From contig JAMHXF010000097.1 in the NCBI GenBank assembly GCA_035910535.1, positions 14,295 through 78,294 of the forward strand: DNA of 64,000 nucleotides, given 5' to 3'. Shown piece by piece: positions 58,801 through 64,000 of this stretch. This stretch comes from Archangium sp. GTDB taxonomy: Bacteria > Myxococcota > Myxococcia > Myxococcales > Myxococcaceae. Within the stretch, counting starts at the first letter, position 1. Every line of letters starts with the position of its first letter. The notes under the pieces are model-generated. The model saw nothing but the letters and a program-made list of their open reading frames with translations, did not search any database and had not been told where the DNA came from. Position numbers and translations under genes: made by a program.

Positions 58801-61800
58801 AGCGCGTCGGCCTCGTCGGCCGCGGCGCGCGCGCCCGCACGAATCTCGACGTCGTCGGGCGCGAGGCGCATGGCCGTCGCGAGCGATGCGAAGGCCTGCT
58901 CTGGCTGCCGCAGGTGGCCGGAATGAAGCTCGGCTGCCTTGCGAAGCGCGGTGATGCGCTCGAGCGAGTCTTTCGCAGACTCTGCGATCACCGCGAGCGC
59001 AGCGACCTGCTTCCGTTGATCTTTGACTGCGTCGTAGGCCGGCAACAACGCGCGCGCCGCAGCTTCACGGTGGTCGACGTCGCTCAGCAGGTTCTCGAGC
59101 GCAGAGAGCGCGTCGGCGTCGGTCGGCTTCGCGGCCAACACGTCTGCGTAGCGACGGATCGCCTCGGCCTTGTCGCCGAGCGCGGTTTCCAACAAGCGCG
59201 CGCGCTGAACCGCGAGCGCCGCGGCTTTGTCTTTCTCTCCAGCCGCCTCGTGGAGCGCGATGAGCCGCGCCTGAACTCCAATCAACTCGCGGAGCTGACC
59301 ACCCTTCTCGTAGAGCTCCGCGAGTCGAGGCAACTGCTCCGCCTCAGGAGCGCCGGCCTTGATGGCCTCCGACAACGCCATCGCCGCTTCACGCGGTCGA
59401 TCGAGCTCGGAGTTCACCTGCGTGAGCTGCAACCCCAGCGCGATCTTCTCGTCGGCCAACGCCAGCGCGAGCCGCTTGCGCAGCACCGCTTCGCCTTCGG
59501 CCCAGCGACGCGCGACCAGGTACAGCTCCGAGAGTCGCAGCAACAACTCGAGGTGCTCGGGGTTCTTCTCGAGGCCCTTCTTCAACGCGGCCGCCGCTTC
59601 ATCGACGGCGCCGACGTCTTCAGCGAGCTCCGCGGCCTCCATCAACAACGAGACAGCGAGCGTCTGATCTTCCGACTTTCCGGCGAGCTCGGTGAACGTG
59701 CGCGCGAGCTCCTGCTCTGCCTTCAGCGCGCGACCAAGACGTACGGCCTCTGCGCGGAACGCCGAATCGGTCGGGTCGAGCGAGAGCCCCCGCAGGCGAA
59801 AATCGAACGCCGCGCGCTCGTCGAGGAGGCGCTTCTCGGTCGTCTCGGCGAGCAACGTGAGCAGGTTCTTCTGCTCGTCACGCTCGGTGACCGACGACAA
59901 CTGCACCAACAACGACGCGACCTGACGCTGGTAGTCGCCGGCCTTCGCGTACACCGGCGCCAACGCGCGCGAGATGTCGCCCTGACGAACGCCCTGCGAC
60001 GCGAGGCGCTCGAGGCCACCAACGACCGCGGCGTTGTCATTCCCCTCGTCGAGGAGGTTCAGGTACAGCTTCGCGGCGTCTTCACGACGGTTGAGCCGCT
60101 CGGCGTAGAGCTGCGCGAGGCGCGAACGCCACTCCTGACGTTCTGCAGGAGAATCAGCGAGGGCGAGCAAGCGTTCAGCGACGCTCGCCACCTCTTCCCA
60201 GAGCCCGAGATTCGCGGCCGACGAGCCGAGCTTCTTGAGCGTCTGCACGCTGTCGGGGTCGATCTCGAGAATCTTCCGGTACACCGCAGCCGACGACGCA
60301 GGGTCTGCCGCCGACGCTTCGAGACGACGCGCTTCGGCCTCGAGCTTCGAGCGCGGGTCTTGTGGTTCTTCAGCGAGCGCCTTGAGCATCGCCGCGAGCG
60401 CCGCCGTGGCTTCGGCATCGTCAGGCTGACGCTTCTGTACTTCGAGCCAGGCCTCCTGCGCTTCTGCGGGCCGCTGCAGTTGCTGCAGCAACTTGCCCAG
60501 CGTTCGCCACAGCACCAACTGCGCCTCGGGAGGCGCGACCTGCGCCGCGCGGCGCAAAGCCAACGCGAGCTGAGGCTGCGTGCTCGCCTTCTCGGCTTCG
60601 GCCTGCAACGAGACGAGCAACGTCGTCTTCGCGGGGTCCAACGGGAGCGCGAGCGACAGCACGTGGAACGCCTTCTTCGCGTCACCCGCCTCTTCACACA
60701 CCATCGCCACGAGCTCGCACAACGCGACGCGCGCCGCGATCGGCCGCGGTGCAGAGGCCGCGAGCTCGATCATCGGCCACAGCCCCTCGAGGTTGCCTTC
60801 TTCGGCGTAGAGACTCGCGAGCCGGAACGCGACCTGCGCGTTGTTGGGGTCGACCTTCTGCGCCGCTTCGATGTGACCGCGCGACGCCGCCGCGTCTTTG
60901 AGCAGCTTCTGCGTGAGGTCGGCGAGGTTGAGCCGCAACGCGACCTGTGCGTGCTTGTCTTTGAGCGTCGCGAGGTGACGCTCGAGCACCGCCATGCCTT
61001 CGGCCGGCTTGCCCGTCGAAATGAGCGCCTCACTCGCGAGCTCAGCGGCGTCGGGCCGTGATGGGTCGAGCTTCGCGGCCTGCTCGAACGCGTCGGCCGC
61101 GCCCTGCTGGTCGTTCAACTTCGACAAGAGCACTTGACCAATACGCAGGTGGAGATCGACGCGCGCCTGCTTGTCGCGCGTGTCGCTCGCGAGCTTCGAG
61201 AACACCGTCAGCGCGACGCGAACATCACCGGCCTTGGTGGCGACCTGCTCGAGCAGATCGAGCGCGTCAGGCATCGCCGGCCACAGCGCGAAGCAGCGAT
61301 CGATCGCCTCCTTCACCTTGTCGACCGCAGCCGACTCGTAGAACGCGAACATGCGCGCGACCTGCAGCGACAAGCGCGCGGCGACGCGGCGATCTCGTTC
61401 TTCGAGCGACTGTGACTTGAGCTGCTTGACCTTGTCGCGCCAGACGTACTCGAGCTTGCCGAGGTCTTTCTGGATCTGCGTCGCGCGCGGGTGCTTGCCG
61501 TCGACCGCGAGCGCACGCACCAGCGCCTTGGTCGCCAGCCCGTGCTCCTGCGGGTAATTCACGAGCGATTCGGCGAACGCGACGTACTCCTCGACGAGCT
61601 CGCGATCACCCAACGCGTTGCGCTCTCGCTCGAGCGAATCGAAGCCCGACGCGTGCCGACCTTCCGCGAGCAGCAACTTGCGCGCGCGCTGGTAGGCCTG
61701 CCGTTCTTGCGGCGAGGCGCGCGACGCGAGCTGGTAACAGAGCACCGCACGGTCGCGACGAGACAGCTTCGTCTCATACAGCTCGCCAGCGCGGAGGTAG

Positions 61801-62147
61801 ATGGTCGCCGCCGCCGGCCCCGACTGCACGAGCGCGAGGCGCTCCAGCACTTCGGCCAACGCCGCAGCGTCACTGCGTGACTCGTAGATGCCGCGGAGCC
61901 CTTCGAGGGCCTCGCGCGCGTTGGGCAGGTACACCAACGCGCGACGAAACAGCTCCTCGGCTCGAACGGGGTTCTTGAGTTTCTCTCGGCAGAGATCGGC
62001 TGCGCGACACAACAGGTGCGCGGCCTCATCGGCCTTCGGTACTTCTCTCGATCGCGACTCGTACAGCTTGATCAGCTCGTCGACGCGACCGGTTTTTTCG
62101 AGGCTGGCCTCAACCTCGCCAAAGGGCTTCTCGGGGGTGTTCGACAT
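49899..62147 (-). CDS. gltI: giant (4082 aa) TPR-repeat protein, GltI/AgmK-like
   Basis: Uninterrupted 12.2-kb ORF. 34-residue TPR-like periodicity runs almost throughout (recurring ...A...Y...AL..DP......L..L...). The C-terminal ~450 aa are non-TPR and globular. Synteny with the gltJ-like gene. Confidence 0.7.
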   Translation of the reverse strand: MSNTPEKPFGEVEASLEKTGRVDELIKLYESRSREVPKADEAAHLLCRAADLCREKLKNPVRAEELFRRALVYLPNAREALEGLRGIYESRSDAAALAEVLERLALVQSGPAAATIYLRAGELYETKLSRRDRAVLCYQLASRASPQERQAYQRARKLLLAEGRHASGFDSLERERNALGDRELVEEYVAFAESLVNYPQEHGLATKALVRALAVDGKHPRATQIQKDLGKLEYVWRDKVKQLKSQSLEERDRRVAARLSLQVARMFAFYESAAVDKVKEAIDRCFALWPAMPDALDLLEQVATKAGDVRVALTVFSKLASDTRDKQARVDLHLRIGQVLLSKLNDQQGAADAFEQAAKLDPSRPDAAELASEALISTGKPAEGMAVLERHLATLKDKHAQVALRLNLADLTQKLLKDAAASRGHIEAAQKVDPNNAQVAFRLASLYAEEGNLEGLWPMIELAASAPRPIAARVALCELVAMVCEEAGDAKKAFHVLSLALPLDPAKTTLLVSLQAEAEKASTQPQLALALRRAAQVAPPEAQLVLWRTLGKLLQQLQRPAEAQEAWLEVQKRQPDDAEATAALAAMLKALAEEPQDPRSKLEAEARRLEASAADPASSAAVYRKILEIDPDSVQTLKKLGSSAANLGLWEEVASVAERLLALADSPAERQEWRSRLAQLYAERLNRREDAAKLYLNLLDEGNDNAAVVGGLERLASQGVRQGDISRALAPVYAKAGDYQRQVASLLVQLSSVTERDEQKNLLTLLAETTEKRLLDERAAFDFRLRGLSLDPTDSAFRAEAVRLGRALKAEQELARTFTELAGKSEDQTLAVSLLMEAAELAEDVGAVDEAAAALKKGLEKNPEHLELLLRLSELYLVARRWAEGEAVLRKRLALALADEKIALGLQLTQVNSELDRPREAAMALSEAIKAGAPEAEQLPRLAELYEKGGQLRELIGVQARLIALHEAAGEKDKAAALAVQRARLLETALGDKAEAIRRYADVLAAKPTDADALSALENLLSDVDHREAAARALLPAYDAVKDQRKQVAALAVIAESAKDSLERITALRKAAELHSGHLRQPEQAFASLATAMRLAPDDVEIRAGARAAADEADALDSYAEVLEEIIEGGAESVAIALHRELADVYEKKLNKQDAAVDHLRAVLLVDAKHLEALRSLQRLYRSREDYAELVPVTERLALLEADPAARSALDREAAVLAEQKLDDLDRAAANWRLIAARDVLAREAATALDRLYAELDKPQELAFALELRRNQEGQSPQGRELAFRLAALRQNRLNDPRGALEVYRQILSEDPSHEGTREALDVWARGNDGDASLAAEILDGVLARTGDHQRRIAIRDARLLHATSPNERARVLSEIRAILERDLSQPEAAFMNALKAFTDGLDRAGIQPELERLARLTGSFDELAEIYEATVEELPESDETRVPLLRRAAELREQLNEPEEATRVWKQLLEHAPQDRQALDSLSRLYEKSNNAKSLSDVYAKKAQLATDPKEKFELLTRAAEAFETAGDDAQSIASYKLAYALSRSRDILVHLERLFGRNKRHLEQADILAQLAESSTDDGERLTHLIKRGLLLEKEQQHAEALRDFAAALALSRTEPQVIAALERLMVLDGAKLEAARLLESSYREGNDLKHLVEVLEVRLSAADQSRRIPLLLEIANLREAVGQKNLALTARLKAFNEQPSDTEVREELERLAADLGAFEELTAAYEDALERGVQEPLAGELWRRLAVVYGDRLSRFDLAARAWNEVLGRNPKDMFVLEQLGRIFRRTSQFRELSIVMRRQLGLETNVTVQVGLLFELAHLAEETLSDKALASQCYTAVLERKPDDPNAMKFLARILAETEQWPELAALLGKEIALAEGRAQEEQALELLVRLGRLKLTRLSDPRGALTTFQEVLRRKAAHAGAVGALEEMARSDNSLKGEAASTLEPVFAGEGEHLKLVQMLEARVAAEPQPAERSALLRKMAEVYAGQLDNAEMAFVASARALKELPDEPQNLAATLSYYQKADAEDEVAALLAEVAPRASTDAARANIFRALAKIQAQADEEEEAIESWKRVMEIIPTDGEAMQQVGQLLSRQGRVNELLDVLKRQLSIEEDTQKRAGLLFQIGSLQEEQLKDPNSAIASFRRLLELAPDDVAALTRMEKLCEAQSRWPELADVLSRRLKVLPPEEQAAVTFKLAVVRETRLLDKQGAFDLYRELLTQNPQHDGALKRMDALVQREPQNQQAFEILANAYRQASDANSLAKLIEARVGVSPDQIERKTLLMELAALREGQGEPELAYLGYYRAFKDDPNDDALRKKLYASAAAASSFDELVGALEAELPRISEAQDVAEICMVIGQVSEQRLGEKEQAVVYYEKARAAHAESSLKVLPALDRLYGELEFPDKQADVIEVMASGATEPSEQVALSFRLGQLAMEQLDSPDRAAAAFEKVLAADPKHLPSLRSLEILYEQAGASDKLYRVLEAQRELVQGAEKERLLGKMAVTSAEGLDNVDHSVKLYRELLEKNPRNEQAFDALSRLLERANKAEELREMLQWKLQFTVDPRELVKLNERLGRVLSQQLGRAEEAVPFFKAALERDARHRGALEALRDIFDQLEKKEDLVIVLRRLIPLQEDASGVKQIRIRLAEIISESARREESLDAARRALEVEPHQVPDLDRLVAVFTRLKAWPDAVRTLEAKSQVQIMLEEREAAAATMFQVSEIWRGPAAKMDLAGAALEKVLEIEPSNRQAYEQALELYGKLNDWRGYAQVMDRYLPNLVTDEEKVATLRELARVQETKLGARQVAFLQYCRAMQLMPSNDELREQVERLAEETGSHDELAAVYEEIAETVPRGPLAERLYLTLSRVQDTKLDDPQAAEASLRKILEFDPTNETALERLAGMFARRGQNKEYVVSLEQKLEAAGSIERRKEILREIARVYDEQMEKPDEAENALVRALELEPDLDTLAVLVALQKRQNNHAAVASTLMRMRDIAPTPEDRARLQVEVAQVYERDLTDDEAAVEGYRQALEFDPANAQALTSLEQLYSKLDRPAELLAVYERQIELSSDYRERVKILFRSATIWEERYQNLQHADACIEAALQVDPQNLQAIKTLERLRKSQGRWDELIGVVDRHIQLLTNPAEKAELCVEMGDIFHQQLKAVDRAATAYHQALELDARCRPAMHALGMLYERSGNWPFALDMLEREAQVLGQTPEAVELWYRMGKINEDMLIDASSAKRCYLEALRIDAAYLPAIRALKGIYELERDFDNYEKALLEEARQTEDPPARAGAYVNVGRYYESKEDRDQATTAYEEALKLQPDLLEAAQPLSDIYLSTEQYERCEKMLDIVTARLSQQYAMTPDEPDLGRELCRRHYRLGYVSEKNGHREKALTAYERAYQLDATYLPVLEGYGNLLVQARRYEEAQRVYQSILVHHRGDLTDLEVAEIYWTLGDLHLNLRQFDRAQNHFEKALAIDPSHEPSLRSMVGIAEQGGHFDKAVEFRQKLVETLDGEAKYEAGVALGAMAKDKLSDPYIAIDAYLAAHRIRQDALDVMDALYVLYRETKQGAKAGDMLEKMLAVPALQQDEQRAKRVWFALGEISRDELGDVDKAAHCFNAALDADWRFVEAFSALESMLGRAKKWQQLDENYKRMIGRVPKTPETHAVRMNFWKALGDLYLNALKAPEAAVQVYKVVASGLPENVEIQELYAGLAQTQPGFEQEAVDAWRRALPSTSSPGKVAGALAELAAKRKDYDAAWLAAQVSSGLIGDPGVGEKEILTKLTPYAKKREVPQRQMTDRLWTEHLFHPKVRGPLADLFAILFEQAGALYKEDFTRYGIVPKKHFIDVGTAQEYQIHHHRTVSRLLGMDQVAVFSPFLVTTRERMAKRTTEPAPDPMVGVEICHTDPVALRFGGKFFSETGQREVYYLLARTMTLLRPELALTQRLSAERLEAVMQAAISLSVDRFRFTADLRAIDTERKLLEKHLTPQARDALARVTKEYVKVATPNDLRNFLEGAELTATRAGAFVAGDIEPVKRMVLAETGANFRVQPRSKIRDLMVFALGDDLHALRVAVGVNVEVQIRK

Positions 62148-62199
62148 GTGGGAGCGGGCGGGAGTCTACCGCCCGTTCCCACGTACACTGACTTTCTTT

Positions 62200-63951
62200 T
62201 CAGGCAGTTGCGGTGCTTCCGGGCGTGGCCGGAGCAGACGCAGAGGGCGGCGGAATCGCGTCGTCCTCGTCCTTCGCCTCCACGGCCGGCTTCGCCTTGG
62301 GCTCAGGGCGCGGCAGGGCCTTCACGCGCTCGGCGTTGGCGGCGTCGCCAGCCCTGGTGAAGAGCGCCTGCGCCTTGTCCAACTGACCTGCGGCCTCGAG
62401 CAGCTCGGCCGCGCGGGGCAGCTGGCCCATGGCCTCGAACACGAACGCGGCTTTGTCTTTGCGCTCGGCGGCCAGGTACACGTCGGCCGCCTCCTGCTGA
62501 CGGCCGAGGAGCTCGAGCCAGCGCGCCTTCTGCAGCGCGTTGTTCGCCGCTTCGGCCTTGGCCAGCTCGTCCTTCGCGAAGGCGTCAGCCTCGGCAGTGA
62601 GCTTGAGCTTCTGCATGAAGTGGAACGCCTTGGGCCCGGGCAACGGCTTGATGGTCTCGAGCGCCTCGGCCTTCTTGCCGGCGCCGATCTGCAGCGTCGC
62701 GGCGCCGAGCCGATCGCCACGCTCGATGAGCTTGGTCACTTCGAGATCACGCACGCGGTGCGCGGCGCCGAAATCCTTCGCGCGCTCGTAGGCCTTGCGG
62801 GCGAACGAGAACTTGCCCGCACGCTCCCAGGCGAGACCGGCCTGGTCGAACTGGCTCGCACGCTCGTAGAGCTTGGCGATCGCGTCGAAGTCAGCGCGCG
62901 CCACGTGGAACTCCATCAACTTTTCGAACGCCTGCGCGCGCTCGAGCGCCTCGACGATCTCTTCGGGCTTCAGCCCAGCCGAGAGTCGCGTGAAGTCTTC
63001 GTCGAGCTTGCCCAGCGCTGCGTTGCGGAGCGCCGACTTGTTATCGCCGCCCTTCTCGTAGAGCCGCGCCGCGTCGGCGTACGACTGGTTCTTCTCGTGA
63101 ATGCGACCGGCGTCACGCGTGCGGCCCGTTTCTTCGAGCTTCTTCACGTCGGCCTTCCAGTCACCCGACGAAACGAAGGGAGCCGGACGCTCGGGGCGCT
63201 CCGGGCGCGCGCTGCGCTCGGGGCGGCGTTCACGGCGCTCACCACCACGCTCGGCGCCACGATCTTTACGCGGGCCGCGCTCGGGGCGGTCCTGCTGCGG
63301 TGCGCGCTCCGGCGCCGCAGGCTGTGCGAGCTCGGCTTCCGTGGGCTGACGCTCGGCCTTGCCGAACGCGACCGACGCGCGGTCAGTCTCGGTGATGGCC
63401 GACCAGATGAGACCGATCGTGAACTGCACGTCGGAGTACGCGTTCGTCTTCTTCTCGGCCACCGGAGCAGGCGCCGCTTGTTCGGCCGCAGGAGCCGCTT
63501 CACCTTCGACGGGCGCAGCTTCGGCTTCGACGGGCGCAGCTTCGACAGGCGCCGCCACTTCTTCGGCCGGCTTGTCCATGCGCTGCACGCGCATGAGCGT
63601 CGTCAACAGACGGCCACGCGCACCCGAATCGAGCTGCTCGAGCGACGTCAGCCGCATCGGCTTGATCGCGCGGAGCACCGACTGCAGCGGGTCGATCATC
63701 GAGCCCAGATCGCGCTTGGTGAGCGAGCGCTCGAGCGCCGTCAACTCGTTGTCGATGCGGTACGAGACGCCGCCTGAACGACCACCGGGGCCTCCGCGAC
63801 GATCGCCGCCACGGCCACCATCACGCCCACCGCCGCGACCACCACCATCGCGACCACCACCGCCACGCTTGGGCTCGTCGAAAGAGAAACCGTTACCGCT
63901 GCGATTTCCCCGGCCGTTCTGCCCGGGGCCCTTCGCCTTGTTGTCGTCCAT
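62200..63951 (-). CDS. hypothetical protein with an RGG/Gly-Arg-rich N-terminus, acidic and Arg/Glu/Pro spacers and a TPR-like helical C-terminus
   Basis: MDDNKAKGPGQNGRGNRSGNGFSFDEPKRGGGGRDGGGRGGGRDGGRGGDRRGGPGGRSGG.... 583 aa. It lies 52 nt upstream of the gltI-like gene on the same strand. Confidence 0.75.
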   Translation of the reverse strand: MDDNKAKGPGQNGRGNRSGNGFSFDEPKRGGGGRDGGGRGGGRDGGRGGDRRGGPGGRSGGVSYRIDNELTALERSLTKRDLGSMIDPLQSVLRAIKPMRLTSLEQLDSGARGRLLTTLMRVQRMDKPAEEVAAPVEAAPVEAEAAPVEGEAAPAAEQAAPAPVAEKKTNAYSDVQFTIGLIWSAITETDRASVAFGKAERQPTEAELAQPAAPERAPQQDRPERGPRKDRGAERGGERRERRPERSARPERPERPAPFVSSGDWKADVKKLEETGRTRDAGRIHEKNQSYADAARLYEKGGDNKSALRNAALGKLDEDFTRLSAGLKPEEIVEALERAQAFEKLMEFHVARADFDAIAKLYERASQFDQAGLAWERAGKFSFARKAYERAKDFGAAHRVRDLEVTKLIERGDRLGAATLQIGAGKKAEALETIKPLPGPKAFHFMQKLKLTAEADAFAKDELAKAEAANNALQKARWLELLGRQQEAADVYLAAERKDKAAFVFEAMGQLPRAAELLEAAGQLDKAQALFTRAGDAANAERVKALPRPEPKAKPAVEAKDEDDAIPPPSASAPATPGSTATA

Positions 63952-64000
63952 GAGTCGTCTCGTTGAAAAAGGAAAACGCCGCCGGCAACCACTGCCGACG

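Overview
This is a 64-kb chromosomal segment with very high G+C. Hand counts on single 60-nt lines give about 68% in typical genes. I read it as Myxococcota-like for five reasons: a perfect match to the Myxococcus xanthus-type LexA box as I recall it; GltI/GltJ (AgmK/AgmX)-like gliding-motility proteins; an FHA-type enhancer-binding protein; PilZ proteins; and xDAGx and Pro/Val low-complexity linkers with many lipoproteins. Left to right the window holds: groES-groEL behind a promoter bracketed by two CIRCE operators; an unknown gene, grx and a dual-HTH LuxR regulator; a 966-aa FG-GAP lipoprotein; an FHA-AAA+ activator followed by a translationally coupled small protein plus minimal ThiF/E1-like gene pair; a convergent four-gene operon (two SUFU-domain paralogs, a CoxE-like VWA protein, a Cys-rich lipoprotein); an RNA methyltransferase and a PilZ protein; scoA/scoB and thiolase flanking a MASE1 hybrid kinase; rpsA; a visibly lower-GC ~1570-aa DUF4011/SF1-helicase/Vsr-like nuclease gene directly downstream of a LexA-box-controlled imuA-imuB-dnaE2 cassette; two coupled DUF4139-type paralogs; an MDR dehydrogenase, PTPS-like, glycosyltransferase and FkbM operon divergent from a CDP-alcohol phosphatidyltransferase; ffh; tRNA-Leu(UAA); secreted Cys-rich proteins; a PilZ-receiver protein; a RelA/SpoT-like fold protein; then gltJ-like, a 4082-aa TPR gltI-like gene and an RGG-rich protein. 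I found no CRISPR array, rRNA, transposase or integrase. The best candidates for undescribed biology are the small-protein/E1 pair, the SUFU-VWA-lipoprotein operon, and the helicase-nuclease appended to the SOS mutasome. All family assignments come from motif recognition by eye, not from searches.
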